From an uncultured Clostridia bacterium (GTDB taxonomy: Bacteria; Bacillota; Clostridia; TANB77; CAG-508), in NCBI GenBank assembly GCA_934167175.1, contig CAKPKF010000001.1:57804-121803 (forward strand): DNA of 64,000 nucleotides, given 5' to 3'. This document shows positions 37,625 through 49,874 of this stretch, piece after piece. The stretch's first letter is position 1, and each line of letters starts with the position of its first letter. A program made the position numbers and the translations under genes. Below the pieces are notes generated by a model, which worked only from the letters and a program-made list of their open reading frames with translations, did not search any database and was not told the DNA's origin.

Positions 37625-39916
37625 TTACAATATTTCTAAATTTGCAAACTTTGCCATAAGTCTTTTGTGTCCTACTTTTTCAAATGATATATCTACTTTT
37701 AAATCATCGCCTTCTTTTTCTACAAAGTTGATAACGCCTTCTCCAAATTTTTTATGATATACTCTTTGTCCAGTTTCATATTTTTCAACATCTACTTTTT
37801 TATTATTTACATTCTGTATATTATTCAAAAAACTTTCTGCTGTTCTAAAATTAAAGTCATTTGTTTTCATTCCAACTGCTATTTTATCCGTTTTAGTATC
37901 TATTTTATATGAAACAATTTTTTTGCTCTGATTACTACCATATTCCCATTTATAATTATTTTCTTTAAAATCATTTCTAGATTGATTCTTTTCTTCATAA
38001 CCATTTAGTAATTCTTTTGGTATTTCTTTTATAAATCTTGATACTTGATTACACGTAGTAGAACCAAATATAGTCCTTTGTTTAGCACACGTAAAAAATA
38101 TAAATTGTTTTGCTCTAGTTATTCCTACATAGCAAAGACGTCTTTCTTCCTCTAGTTCTTTTGGTTCTCCTATAGATTTGTATCCTGGAAAAATTCCTTC
38201 CTCCATACCTATTAAAAATACTACTGGAAATTCTAGTCCTTTTGCACTATGTAGTGTCATTAAAGTTACTGTATCTTCATCATCTTGTAAGTTATCTATG
38301 TCACTTGATAATGACATATTTTCCAAAAAATCTCCTAAACTATTTTCTGCAAATTCTTCTTCAAATTCTATTGCAACTGTTAAAAATTCATCCAAATTTT
38401 CTATTCTATTTTCTGCTTCTATTGAATTTTCTAGTTCTAATGCTTTTGTATATCCTGTTTTTTGTAGTGTTTGTGTAACTAACTCTGATATCTGCATATT
38501 TTCTTTTTGATTTCTTAATTCTTCTATAACTTCTATGAATTCTCTTGAATTTACAAAAACTCTATTTAATCCATATTGATCAGCATTTTTTATAATTTCA
38601 TACATTGATTTATTATTATCTTCTGCTATTTTTTGTACATTTTCTAAGCTAGTCTTTCCTATACCTCTCTTAGGTTCATTTATTATTCTCTTTAAACTTA
38701 TATTGTCAGAAGTATTATAAATTAAACGTAGGTATGCAATTATATCCTTAATTTCTTTTCTTTCGTAAAATTTAAGTCCACCAATTATTTTGTATGGTAT
38801 ACTTTCTCTTCTTAATATATCTTCAATTGCTCTTGATTGAGTATTCATTCTATATAGTACTGCAAAGTCCGAATATTTATAATATTCTTCTCTTTTTAAT
38901 CTGTTTATTTGCTCTACGATATATGTTCCCTCATCATATTCATTGTCGCCTACAAAAAATTGAGGAATAGTTCCTATTTCATTTTCTGTCCATAACTTTT
39001 TATCATACTTTACTGTATTGTTTTTTATTACTTCATTGGCTACTTTTAATATATTTCCTGTGCATCTATAATTTTGTTCTAACTTTATTATTTTAGTACC
39101 TGTAAAATCTTTTTCGAAATTCAATATGTTTGATATATCTGCTCCTCTGAAAGAATATATACCTTGGTCGTTATCGCCTACAACTGTGATATTTCCATGT
39201 CTTGCAGCTAATAGTGATATTAAAGTAAATTGTGCTTTATTAGTATCTTGATATTCATCCACCAATATATATTTAAATTTTTCCGAATAATATTCTAAAA
39301 CATCTGGATTTTCTGATATTATTTTTATTGTAAAATTTATTATATCATCAAAATCTATTGCATTATTATCTTTTAATTTTTTTTGGTATAATTCATACAC
39401 ACTTGCTATTTTTTCTTTTCTATAGTCACCATTTGCTCTTTTCCAATATGTACTTGGTTCTAGCATTTCATTTTTTGCATTACTTATTTCAAATTGCACT
39501 GATCTATCTGTAAACATTTTATCATCTATTTCTAATTCTTTAAGGCATTCTTTAATTAATGTCCTTTGATCTGATGTATCAAATATTAAAAATGAACTAT
39601 CAAAACCTATTCTATCTATAAACCTTCTTAAAATCCTTACGCATATTGAGTGAAATGTACCTATCCATATATCTTTGCTTGAATCTCCCACAAGTGCTTC
39701 CACCCTTTGTTTCATTTCATTTGCAGCTTTATTCGTAAATGTTATTGCTAAAATATTCCATGGTGCAACCTTTTTTTCCTCCATCAAATACGAAATTTTG
39801 TGTGTTAAAACTTTTGTCTTTCCACTTCCTGCTCCTGCTATAATTAAACATGGTCCCTCTGTAGTTATTACTCCCTCATATTGCTCTTTATTCAATCCTT
39901 CTAGTATATCTTGCAT
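37625..39916 (-). CDS. pcrA: ATP-dependent DNA helicase PcrA/UvrD family
   Basis: Walker A AGAGSGKT, VDEYQDT, and helicase motifs through to the C-terminal Tudor-like end. Start at MQDILEG (AAGGAG RBS). Confidence 0.9.
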   Translation of the reverse strand: MQDILEGLNKEQYEGVITTEGPCLIIAGAGSGKTKVLTHKISYLMEEKKVAPWNILAITFTNKAANEMKQRVEALVGDSSKDIWIGTFHSICVRILRRFIDRIGFDSSFLIFDTSDQRTLIKECLKELEIDDKMFTDRSVQFEISNAKNEMLEPSTYWKRANGDYRKEKIASVYELYQKKLKDNNAIDFDDIINFTIKIISENPDVLEYYSEKFKYILVDEYQDTNKAQFTLISLLAARHGNITVVGDNDQGIYSFRGADISNILNFEKDFTGTKIIKLEQNYRCTGNILKVANEVIKNNTVKYDKKLWTENEIGTIPQFFVGDNEYDEGTYIVEQINRLKREEYYKYSDFAVLYRMNTQSRAIEDILRRESIPYKIIGGLKFYERKEIKDIIAYLRLIYNTSDNISLKRIINEPKRGIGKTSLENVQKIAEDNNKSMYEIIKNADQYGLNRVFVNSREFIEVIEELRNQKENMQISELVTQTLQKTGYTKALELENSIEAENRIENLDEFLTVAIEFEEEFAENSLGDFLENMSLSSDIDNLQDDEDTVTLMTLHSAKGLEFPVVFLIGMEEGIFPGYKSIGEPKELEEERRLCYVGITRAKQFIFFTCAKQRTIFGSTTCNQVSRFIKEIPKELLNGYEEKNQSRNDFKENNYKWEYGSNQSKKIVSYKIDTKTDKIAVGMKTNDFNFRTAESFLNNIQNVNNKKVDVEKYETGQRVYHKKFGEGVINFVEKEGDDLKVDISFEKVGHKRLMAKFANLEIL

Positions 39917-39917
39917 T

Positions 39918-40388
39918 TTAGTTATTCTCCTTCTCAATTTTTTCTATTAATAAATTCAAACATCTATCGATTTCAACTGTACAATGTCTAAACACTTCTA
40001 TGTCATATCCCCATGGATCACTTATATCAGTATCAATTTTTGATTTATCATAATCAACATATTCTTTTAATGTATATACTTTTCCTTTTAATTGAGGATA
40101 CATTAATAGCACTGTTCTTTTATGTGAATTTGTAGCACACAATATCAAATCCATATCTTGAATGTCTGAATTCAAAATATTTATTGCTCTATGCACTTTC
40201 ATATCTACATCATAATCTTTTAATACTTCAATCGCATTATATGTTGGTACATCTCCATTTTCTGCATTTGTACCACATGAAAACACTTCTATATTTGTTA
40301 TATTTTCATCTTTTATTTTTTTCTCTAATAATCTATGAGCAACTGCACTTCTACAAATGTTTCCAGTGCATATAAACATTATTTTCAA
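39918..40388 (-). CDS. Low-molecular-weight protein phosphatase (arginine/tyrosine phosphatase family)
   Basis: CX5R(S) loop FICTGNICRSAV and the DPWG aspartate loop. The start is placed at the TTG 8 nt after GGAG; alternative starts lie at 40397 and 40379. Confidence 0.8.
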   Translation of the reverse strand: MKIMFICTGNICRSAVAHRLLEKKIKDENITNIEVFSCGTNAENGDVPTYNAIEVLKDYDVDMKVHRAINILNSDIQDMDLILCATNSHKRTVLLMYPQLKGKVYTLKEYVDYDKSKIDTDISDPWGYDIEVFRHCTVEIDRCLNLLIEKIEKENN

Positions 40389-40525
40389 ATTAAGCACTCC
40401 TTTAAAATAACTTTTTTAGTGATTATATCAGTTATTTCCTCTATAAACAATAATATTATAAAAATTTAGCTAGACTTTTTCTATTTCATATGTTATTATG
40501 AGAGTGTATGATAGGAGGCGCACAA

Positions 40526-41110
40526 ATGAAAATTTATTATAAAATTATTTGTTTTTTTATTATTTTTAACCTTATATTATTTATGACATATTCAAAAAGT
40601 TATGCTACTTTTACACAAGTTAATGATATTGAATCTACTCTATCTAATATTATTAATTACCATTTATCTGAAGCTAGTCAATCAGAAGATGCCTCTAATG
40701 ATGATATAAATGATGAAGATTCTAGCTATGAAGATGTAGGTGATGATGATGTTACAAATGATGAAGAAAACAGCGATACTGATGTAAATGAGGATGACAT
40801 AGATGATGGTGATTCGGGCGACGATGATTATATAGATGGCGATGATTTGGACCAGTCTTTTGGTAGTTCTACGGATGATGAAGATGACGGAGATGGTGAC
40901 GAAGAAGATTATAGTGATGATGAAGATTACGACGAAGAGGATGGCGAAGAAGATGATAATTCTGTCAGCATCAGCTCTCAACAACCCAATGTTAGCTCTT
41001 CATATGACTTACCAAAAACAGGAATTTCATCTACTCTAATTATTTCGATGTTACTAATAGCTTTGTTCGGAATTTACAGTTTTTATAAATTTTCAAATCA
41101 AGATTTTTAA
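40526..41110 (+). CDS. Highly acidic (D/E-rich) secreted protein with a canonical LPKTG sortase signal
   Basis: TAGGAGG RBS and a signal peptide. About 100 aa of D/E/G/S low complexity. LPKTG (41009..41023) + hydrophobic helix + short tail. Confidence 0.7.
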   Translation: MKIYYKIICFFIIFNLILFMTYSKSYATFTQVNDIESTLSNIINYHLSEASQSEDASNDDINDEDSSYEDVGDDDVTNDEENSDTDVNEDDIDDGDSGDDDYIDGDDLDQSFGSSTDDEDDGDGDEEDYSDDEDYDEEDGEEDDNSVSISSQQPNVSSSYDLPKTGISSTLIISMLLIALFGIYSFYKFSNQDF

Positions 41111-41134
41111 TTTAATATGCATTAATATAAAAAA

Positions 41135-41172
41135 GGCAGATATATATTTTTATAATATATCTGCCTTTTTTT
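41135..41172. terminator. Bidirectional terminator between the acidic protein gene and prfA
   Basis: Stem GGCAGATATAT / ATATATCTGCC, flanked by an A-run and a T-run. Confidence 0.7.
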
Positions 41173-41195
41173 ATTTTCATCAAAATTAATCTATT

Positions 41196-42257
41196 TTATT
41201 CTTGCTCTCCTTTTAATTTCTCTGCCCTATCTGTTGCTATTAACGCATCTATCATTTCGTCTAAATTTCCATTAAGGAAATCTTCCATTTGATATATGCT
41301 AAGTCCAATTCTGTGATCAGTTATTCTTCCTTGTGGATAGTTGTATGTTCTTATTTTTTCACTTCTGTCTCCTGTTCCGACTTGACTTTTTCTTTCATTT
41401 GCTAATTTTGCATCTTGTTCTTTTTGTTCTTTTTCATACAACCTAGAACGTAATAATCTCATTGCATATTCTCTATTTTGAAGTTGTGATCTTTCTGTTT
41501 GACATTCTGCCACAATTCCTGTTGGAATGTGTGTTAATCTTACTGCTGAAGATGTTTTATTTACATGTTGTCCACCTGCACCTGAAGCTCTATATACATC
41601 CATTTTTATATCTGATGGATTTATCTCTATTTCTACATCTTCTACTACTGGCAACACTGCTACAGTTGATGTAGATGTATGAATTCTACCACTACTTTCT
41701 GTATCTGGAACTCTTTGTACTCTATGAACTCCACTTTCAAATTTCAATCTACTATATACACCTTTTCCAGTAACCATAAATGAAATTTCTTTATAACCTC
41801 CAAGACCTGTTTCATTTTCATTTAATATCTCTACTTTCCAATGTTTTCTTTCAGCATACATCGTGTACATTCTAAATAATGTTCCTGCAAACAATGCAGC
41901 TTCTTCTCCTCCAGCTCCTGCTCTTATTTCACATATTATATTTTTTTCATCATCTTTATCTTTTGGAATTAATAATATTTTTAATTCTTCTTCCAATTGA
42001 GGTAATTTTTCCTTTGCTTCTAACATTTCCATTTCGGCCAACTCTTTTAGCTCTTTATCTTCCAACATTTCTTTTGCTTCTTCATATGTCTGTTTCACTT
42101 TTTTATATTCTCTATATTTTTCAACTACTGGTCCTAATTCTGAATGCTCTTTCATTAAGTTTTTCCATTCATTTTGCTTACTAATTATTTCTGGATCACT
42201 TATTAATTTATTTAGCTCTTCATATCTTTTCTCTACACCTTCTAATTTCTGAAACAT
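41196..42257 (-). CDS. prfA: Peptide chain release factor 1
   Basis: GGQ motif ([11 protein letters not shown]) and the RF1-type recognition loop [15 protein letters not shown]. Confidence 0.9.
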   Translation of the reverse strand: MFQKLEGVEKRYEELNKLISDPEIISKQNEWKNLMKEHSELGPVVEKYREYKKVKQTYEEAKEMLEDKELKELAEMEMLEAKEKLPQLEEELKILLIPKDKDDEKNIICEIRAGAGGEEAALFAGTLFRMYTMYAERKHWKVEILNENETGLGGYKEISFMVTGKGVYSRLKFESGVHRVQRVPDTESSGRIHTSTSTVAVLPVVEDVEIEINPSDIKMDVYRASGAGGQHVNKTSSAVRLTHIPTGIVAECQTERSQLQNREYAMRLLRSRLYEKEQKEQDAKLANERKSQVGTGDRSEKIRTYNYPQGRITDHRIGLSIYQMEDFLNGNLDEMIDALIATDRAEKLKGEQE

Positions 42258-42419
42258 AACTTTAGTCTACTCCTTTTCACTTTAAATTTCCATTATACAT
42301 TATATAACAGATTTTTCTTACTTGCAATAGCTCTTTTGGATGTGTTTTGTATTTTTGTATTGTAAAATTTTACATTATATATTAAAATATTTCTAAATAT
42401 AGTACTGGGGGAATTAACA

Positions 42420-42977
42420 TTGAATACAAAAATGCGTTATATTATAGTTGGTATTGCAATAGGTATATTGTTATTGGTAGCCATTATTATTAGTTGTAAT
42501 GTAATTTCTAAAAATAATAATAAAACTAAATTAGCAACTATCAACTCCAATGATAAAAAAGTAAAAATATCTTTGCCATCTAATATAAAATTTGTAGTTA
42601 ACAAAGATGACAAAAATTACAATTTAAATATTGTTTCTTCTGACTTACAAATGTTGATATACTGTAATGAACAAAAAAGTTCATCTGAAAAACCTTTAAT
42701 AGATATTGTAAATTTGGATCAAACCGATTTTACCGCTAAAAAGGAAAATGTAAAAATTATAACTAGTCCTTCCAAAATTGAACTTAATAATTATGAAGCT
42801 TTTATGTATAGCTTTTCATATACTGATCCCACATATGCAGAGGACTTTTTCTCAGAAGTTATCTGGATAAAAAATAATGATACTTTTTATATCTTAAATA
42901 TTGAAATTGTTTTATCAAATTACGAAAACAACAAAGACTTGATTAATTCTATAATAAATTCTTTTACAATTATATAG
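42420..42977 (+). CDS. Hypothetical membrane-anchored protein (185 aa)
   Basis: N-terminal TM segment IIVGIAIGILLLVAIIISC. No recognisable motif. Confidence 0.5.
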   Translation: MNTKMRYIIVGIAIGILLLVAIIISCNVISKNNNKTKLATINSNDKKVKISLPSNIKFVVNKDDKNYNLNIVSSDLQMLIYCNEQKSSSEKPLIDIVNLDQTDFTAKKENVKIITSPSKIELNNYEAFMYSFSYTDPTYAEDFFSEVIWIKNNDTFYILNIEIVLSNYENNKDLINSIINSFTII

Positions 42978-43032
42978 ACTTTTTTTATTTCTTATAGTAA
43001 AATTACAAAAGATTTTATTATTGGAGGTTTTT

Positions 43033-43515
43033 ATGTTAGAAAACATTTTTATTAAATATCTTATAACATTTGTTGTTAGTATGACACCTCTTATTGAATT
43101 AAGAGGTGCCATTCCAATTGGTGTTGCTCTTGGGCTTTCTTACACCCAAGCCTTTATTGTGAGTTTTTTAGGAAATATAATTCCTATCTACTTTATTGTT
43201 AAATATATTAGACCTTTATTTGACTTTTTCGGTAGATGGAAACCATTTAAAATTATTATAGACTGGGCGACTAACAAAGCTACAAAAAAAATTGAGGAAA
43301 GTGAGAAGCTTCAAAATTTTGCAATGCTTGGTTTGTTTTTGTTTGTTGCAGTTCCTCTTCCTGGAACTGGTGCCTGGGTAGGTTCACTAATAGCAAATTT
43401 TTTAAATATTCCTGTAAAAAAAGCATTTTGGCCTCTTGCAGCAGGAGTATTTACAGCAGGTGTAATAATCCTTATTGCTACAGGTAGTGTAGTTACAATT
43501 TTCAATAATGTATAA
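43033..43515 (+). CDS. Small multidrug-export-family membrane protein (COG2426-like)
   Basis: The ATG at 43033 follows GGAGG. LIELRGAIPIGVALGL signature and four TM segments. Confidence 0.65.
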   Translation: MLENIFIKYLITFVVSMTPLIELRGAIPIGVALGLSYTQAFIVSFLGNIIPIYFIVKYIRPLFDFFGRWKPFKIIIDWATNKATKKIEESEKLQNFAMLGLFLFVAVPLPGTGAWVGSLIANFLNIPVKKAFWPLAAGVFTAGVIILIATGSVVTIFNNV

Positions 43516-43537
43516 AAAATAATTTCAGTACATATAA

Positions 43538-43589
43538 AAATGCCCCAAAAATTATTAGACAAAAAAGTTTAATAATTTTTGGGGCATTT
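43538..43589. terminator. Bidirectional terminator (20-bp arms)
   Basis: AAATGCCCCAAAAATTATTA ... TAATAATTTTTGGGGCATTT, between convergent genes. Confidence 0.7.
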
Positions 43590-43614
43590 CATGCATTATG
43601 AATTTTTTTACTTT

Positions 43615-44058
43615 TTATTTTAATAACGTTTTTACTACTTCATTTATTGATTTTCCATCTGACTTAGCACCAATTCTTTCTTTAGCTAATTTCATAACTT
43701 TTCCCATATCTTTTATAGATGTTGCTTGCAATTCTTCTATAATCTTTTCTACTTCTGTTGTTAATTCTTCTTTTGTTAATTGTTTTGGTAAATATTCATT
43801 TATTATATTTATTTCTTCTTCTATTTGTTTAACTAAATCTTCTCTACCACTTTTTTTATAATCTTCTAAAGCATCCTTTCTTTTTTTGCCTTCCTTTGAT
43901 ATTATATTTATAATTTCTTCATCTCCTAATTCTATTTGCTTATCCTTTTCTACTTGTAATATTGATGCTCTTATCATCTGAACTACATTTTTTTTGATTA
44001 TGTCTTTCTCCTTCATTGCTTGCTTTAAATCTTGCATTAGTCTTTCTTTCATTGACAT
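43615..44058 (-). CDS. GatB/YqeY-domain protein
   Basis: 147 aa, MKERLMQDLKQAMKEKD...AKSDGKSINEVVKTLL, in the typical rpsU-yqeY arrangement. Confidence 0.8.
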   Translation of the reverse strand: MSMKERLMQDLKQAMKEKDIIKKNVVQMIRASILQVEKDKQIELGDEEIINIISKEGKKRKDALEDYKKSGREDLVKQIEEEINIINEYLPKQLTKEELTTEVEKIIEELQATSIKDMGKVMKLAKERIGAKSDGKSINEVVKTLLK

Positions 44059-44154
44059 ATTAATAACCTCCTTAAAATATCAAAAATCTAGAAATACTTT
44101 TTATTAAAAAAAAATTCATTCTAGATATGATCTTTTTAATTTTATTTTAAAACA

Positions 44155-44181
44155 GGGTATTTTCTTATACAGAAAATACCC
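44155..44181 (-). terminator. Terminator after rpsU
   Basis: Stem GGGTATTTTCT-tatac-AGAAAATACCC, 15 nt past the rpsU stop. Confidence 0.55.
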
Positions 44182-44195
44182 ACACTTTTATTTAA

Positions 44196-44366
44196 TTAAA
44201 ATTTTCTTTTTCTAGCAGCCTCTGATTTTTTCTTTCTTTTTACACTAGGTTTTTCATAATGTTCTCTTTTACGAACTTCTTGCAATACTCCATTTCTAGC
44301 ACATTGTCTTTTAAATCTTTTTAAAGCATCTTCTATATTACCATTATTAACTCTTACCTCTGACAT
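44196..44366 (-). CDS. rpsU: 30S ribosomal protein S21
   Basis: [27 protein letters not shown]...KRKF. The start is moved to the ATG at 44366 (GGAAGGAGGGG RBS). Confidence 0.9.
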   Translation of the reverse strand: MSEVRVNNGNIEDALKRFKRQCARNGVLQEVRKREHYEKPSVKRKKKSEAARKRKF

Positions 44367-44492
44367 TACTTCCCCTCCTTCCGGCATTCAAAGCACTGTA
44401 TGTGGGATTTACCTATGTTTAGGGGTTAAATTTTTACTTTTGTTTTATTTTTCAAAATTTATCTTATTCCCTATCCCCTTAATACGTTATAT

Positions 44493-44522
44493 ATTATACA
44501 TTAATTTGCTTTTTATTGTCAA
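44493..44522 (-). promoter_or_regulatory. Candidate sigma-A promoter for rpsU
   Basis: The minus strand reads TTGACA-18 nt-TATAAT, about 125 nt upstream of the rpsU start. Confidence 0.4.
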
Positions 44523-44672
44523 TAGTAAATACCTTATTGTCATAATTTTATAGTAATTTTATTTTTTAAATTTACTTTATATTATTTTTTTTATTTTTTT
44601 TTGAATTTTACTCGACATATTTTTTTATCTTATGTTATAATAAGTTATATTTATACGAAAGAAGGGATTTTT

Positions 44673-44807
44673 ATGGTAGGATATGGAGTACTTGCTATAG
44701 CTATTTTAGCTTCAGCTGTTGTGTTTGGTACTTTAGGATTCACAATAGCAATGGTTTCAGCAACTTCAAAAGATGTAGATAATAATACTACAGTTGAAAA
44801 CAATTAA
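44673..44807 (+). CDS. Possible 44-aa membrane peptide
   Basis: ATG 5 nt after GAAAGAAGGGA. One TM segment (VLAIAILASAVVFGTLGFTIAMV). No homology argument is available. Confidence 0.3.
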   Translation: MVGYGVLAIAILASAVVFGTLGFTIAMVSATSKDVDNNTTVENN

Positions 44808-44812
44808 AATAA

Positions 44813-46358
<1,546 letters not shown>

Positions 46359-46418
46359 ATTAAATCAAACTTTTGGTGGTATACTTTTATTAATATATTT
46401 AATAACGAGGTGATGCAA

Positions 46419-49043
46419 ATGAAAAATAATTCAAAAAAAGAAACTGTTGATATTTCAAAGCTGTATGGTGAAGATTGTATTATACCTACTCAAGAATTTA
46501 TTGAAAAACATCATATAAACACACTTGAAGGATTATCCTCTGATACAGCTTCTGATAATATATCTAAGTATGGATATAATGAATTAAAACAAGCTAAAGA
46601 AAAAAAATGGTATCATTATTTTTTTTCTAGTCTATTTACTCCATTCAATACTATTTTGCTTGGAATAACCATAATTTTATTTTATACTGATGTAGTTTTT
46701 TCTCCTGAACCAAATTTTGCCAGCATTATTGTTATACTATTGTTAGTTTTATCTAGCACACTTTTAGAATTTTTTACTGAGTATCGTTCTAATAAAGCTG
46801 CTGATAAACTAAGAAGTTTAGTTGCTACAAAAACTACAGTTTTAAGAAATGGTAAAAAAATTAGTATACCAAATAAAGAAATTGCTCTTAACGACTTACT
46901 AATTCTTTCTGCTGGAGATATGATACCTGCTGATTCAAGAGTAATTGAATCGAAAGATTTACAAATTGGTCAATCTTCTTTAACTGGTGAATCAGATGCA
47001 GTAAGAAAAGTAGCTGATACAGAGCTAAACTCAATAGATGATATTGACTCTGTATCTGATTTAGATAATATTTGCTTTATGGGAACAAATGTTATAAGTG
47101 GTAGTGCTAAAGCAGTTGTCATAAAACTAGCTAATGAAACTTACTTTGGCAAAGTAGCTGACATGCTTTCTTTAGGCAAACCCAAAAGTAGCTTTGAACT
47201 TGGTATTCAAAATATAAGTAAAATATTAATCAGTTTTATGCTTATATTAATACCTGCAGTTTTTCTTGTTAACATTTGGAAACACGATCTTCTAACTGCC
47301 TTTACATTTGCCGTTGCAATTGCTATAGGAATTACTCCACTTTTATTACCTGTAATTTTATCTTCTAGTTTAGCAAAAGGTGCTATTAGAATGTCTAAGA
47401 AAAAAACAATAGTAAAAAAATTAGATTCTATACAAAGTTTTGGTGCAATGAACATTTTATGTACTGATAAAACTGGCACTCTTACAGAAGATAAAATCGT
47501 TCTAGAAAAATATCTTGATATCAAAGGAATTGAAGATATACGAGTTTTAAAACACGCATTTTTAAATGCATATTTTCAAACTGGTTTAAAAGGAAATATT
47601 GATGAAGCAATTATAAATAGGGCATTGGAAAATAATTTGGAACCATTAACTACTGAATATAAAAAAATAGATGAAATACCTTTTGATTTTTCTAGAAGAA
47701 GGCTTTCTGTTGTTGTTGAAAAAGATGGAAAAAAACAACTTATCACTAAAGGTGCAGTTGAAGAAATTTTAAGTATATGTTCATTAGTCGATTATAAAGG
47801 CGAAGTCAGTCCTATTACCAACTCTATAAAAGAAAATATTCGTAATGTATCTAAAAAACTTAACAAAGAAGGATTAAGAGTAATAGCTGTATGTCAAAAA
47901 AATGATATTGCTAACATTGATAATTTTAGTGTTACAGATGAATCCAAAATGGTTCTTATGGGATTTATAGGTTTTCTTGATCCACCAAAAGAAAGCGCTA
48001 AAGAAGCTATTTCTAAATTAAACAAAACTGGTATAAGAATTATAGTTTTAACTGGCGATAATGCTGATGTTACAAAATGTATATGTAATAAAGTTGGTGT
48101 AAATTCATCAAGAATTATTTTAGGAGATGAAATTGATAAGTTAACAGATATGGCCTTATTAAGAGTCTTAAAGAAAACTAACATTTTTGCTAAACTTTCC
48201 CCAATTCAAAAAGCAAGAATTGTTAGGCTTCTAAAAGAATCAGGCAATGTAGTCGGATATATGGGGGATGGTATTAATGATAGCCCGTCTCTTACAAATG
48301 CAGATGTTGGAATTTCTGTTGACTCTGCTGTTGATATTGCAAAAGAAACAGCAGATATAATATTACTAGAAAAAGATTTAAAAGTTCTAATTGATGGTGC
48401 TCTTGAAGGTAGACGTACATTTGGTAATTTGCTAAAATATATAAAAATGGCTGTAAGTTTTAACTTTGGTGAAGTTTTATCAGTAATTGTTGCTAGTATA
48501 TTCTTACCTTTCTTACCAATAACACCTATACAACTATTAGTACAAAGTTTATTATATGATTTAGGTCAATTATCATTACCTTTTGATAATGTTGATTCAA
48601 ATTATTTATCAAAACCAAGAAAATGGGATTTAAAACATATTAAAACTTTTATGTTATTTATGGGACCAATTAGTTCAATTTTCGACTTGATAGTTTTTTC
48701 ATCTCTATGGTTTGTTTTTGGATTAAGAGAACCTCAAGCAGCTCTCTTCCAAACTATTTGGTTTTCTTATGGAATAGTATCTAATTTGGTGGGACTTCAT
48801 GTTATAAGAACTGCTAAACTTCCATTTGTTCAAAGTAATGCTTCAAAGCTTGTATATTCTACATCTATTGCTTTAAGTATTATAGCTTTAATAATACCGG
48901 GAACATTTATTGGAAAAATTATTGGACTAGTTCCTCTACCTATACATTTTCTAGGATTAATTTTATTAATTCCTTTATTATATTGTATAGTAGCTTTAGT
49001 CGTAAAGAAAATTTATATAAAAAAATATGGCGAATGGATATAA
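46419..49043 (+). CDS. mgtA: Magnesium-importing P-type ATPase
   Basis: CTDKTGTLT phosphorylation site, LTGDN, MGDGINDSPSL and 10 TM segments. ATG at 46419, 6 nt after GAGGTG. Confidence 0.85.
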   Translation: MKNNSKKETVDISKLYGEDCIIPTQEFIEKHHINTLEGLSSDTASDNISKYGYNELKQAKEKKWYHYFFSSLFTPFNTILLGITIILFYTDVVFSPEPNFASIIVILLLVLSSTLLEFFTEYRSNKAADKLRSLVATKTTVLRNGKKISIPNKEIALNDLLILSAGDMIPADSRVIESKDLQIGQSSLTGESDAVRKVADTELNSIDDIDSVSDLDNICFMGTNVISGSAKAVVIKLANETYFGKVADMLSLGKPKSSFELGIQNISKILISFMLILIPAVFLVNIWKHDLLTAFTFAVAIAIGITPLLLPVILSSSLAKGAIRMSKKKTIVKKLDSIQSFGAMNILCTDKTGTLTEDKIVLEKYLDIKGIEDIRVLKHAFLNAYFQTGLKGNIDEAIINRALENNLEPLTTEYKKIDEIPFDFSRRRLSVVVEKDGKKQLITKGAVEEILSICSLVDYKGEVSPITNSIKENIRNVSKKLNKEGLRVIAVCQKNDIANIDNFSVTDESKMVLMGFIGFLDPPKESAKEAISKLNKTGIRIIVLTGDNADVTKCICNKVGVNSSRIILGDEIDKLTDMALLRVLKKTNIFAKLSPIQKARIVRLLKESGNVVGYMGDGINDSPSLTNADVGISVDSAVDIAKETADIILLEKDLKVLIDGALEGRRTFGNLLKYIKMAVSFNFGEVLSVIVASIFLPFLPITPIQLLVQSLLYDLGQLSLPFDNVDSNYLSKPRKWDLKHIKTFMLFMGPISSIFDLIVFSSLWFVFGLREPQAALFQTIWFSYGIVSNLVGLHVIRTAKLPFVQSNASKLVYSTSIALSIIALIIPGTFIGKIIGLVPLPIHFLGLILLIPLLYCIVALVVKKIYIKKYGEWI

Positions 49044-49072
49044 ACATTTATGTATTGAATTGAGGTGTAATT

Positions 49073-49771
49073 ATGGGATTTTTTAAAAAACTATTTTTTA
49101 TTTTATTAATTGCTCTAGTTATTGGAATAAATTTTGTAGTAATTTCAGGATATCTTATGTACGAAAAAGCTATTAATAAAACAAGCTTATCAGAAAAAGT
49201 AAAAACTATTATGGATAACGAAAAATATGTTACATTAGATAATGTTTCAGAGGACTTTAAAAATGCAATTGTATCAATCGAAGACCATAGATTTTATGAT
49301 CATGATGGAATTGATATGATTGGTATTGGGAGAGCTATTTTAGCAAATATTAAAGCACGAAATCCATCTTATCAAGGTGGAAGCACCATAACTCAACAAG
49401 TGTGCAAAAATATGTATCTTACACAAGAAAAACAATTCACACGTAAAATAGCAGAAGCTTTTCTTGCTTTTGATTTAGAAAATTCTTATTCTAAAGCAGA
49501 TATTCTTGAAATATATATTAACACAATTTATTTTGGCAATGGTTATTACGGAATTCAAGAAGCTAGTATGGGATATTATAATAAATCTCCTAAAGACTTA
49601 GATTTAAATGAATCATCGTTATTAGCAGGAATTCCAAATGCCCCTAGTGCATATTCTCCTACTAAAAATAAAAAACTAGCAACTGAAAGGCAGAAAAAAG
49701 TATTAGAAGCTATGGTGAAATATAATTATATTTCACAAGAACAAATGGATGAAATAACAAATAAAAAGTAA
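49073..49771 (+). CDS. Monofunctional peptidoglycan glycosyltransferase (GT51)
   Basis: N-terminal TM, EDHRFYDHDGID, GGSTITQQ and RKxxE motifs. No transpeptidase domain. Confidence 0.85.
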   Translation: MGFFKKLFFILLIALVIGINFVVISGYLMYEKAINKTSLSEKVKTIMDNEKYVTLDNVSEDFKNAIVSIEDHRFYDHDGIDMIGIGRAILANIKARNPSYQGGSTITQQVCKNMYLTQEKQFTRKIAEAFLAFDLENSYSKADILEIYINTIYFGNGYYGIQEASMGYYNKSPKDLDLNESSLLAGIPNAPSAYSPTKNKKLATERQKKVLEAMVKYNYISQEQMDEITNKK

Positions 49772-49820
49772 CATTTTAGCAATTTATTTTACAAGTTATC
49801 CACATGTTTTCCACAATTAT

Positions 49821-49858
49821 AAAGCGAACTATATTAATAATTTATAGTTCGCTTTTTT
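49821..49858. terminator. Bidirectional terminator
   Basis: AAAGCGAACTAT-loop-ATAGTTCGCTTT followed by TTTT, between convergent genes. Confidence 0.7.
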
Positions 49859-49874
49859 ATATACTTATGCTTTA

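Noticed and set aside
40682-41039. ORFs 40682..40984 (-) and 40836..41039 (+) within the acidic-protein gene
   Set aside because: They are alternative-frame readings of a GAT/GAA repeat tract. Only the frame with a signal peptide and LPKTG makes biological sense.
46359-46418. M-box (Mg) riboswitch expected upstream of mgtA
   Set aside because: The gap to the amylase stop is only about 60 nt and contains no structured GC-rich element, so there is no room for an M-box.
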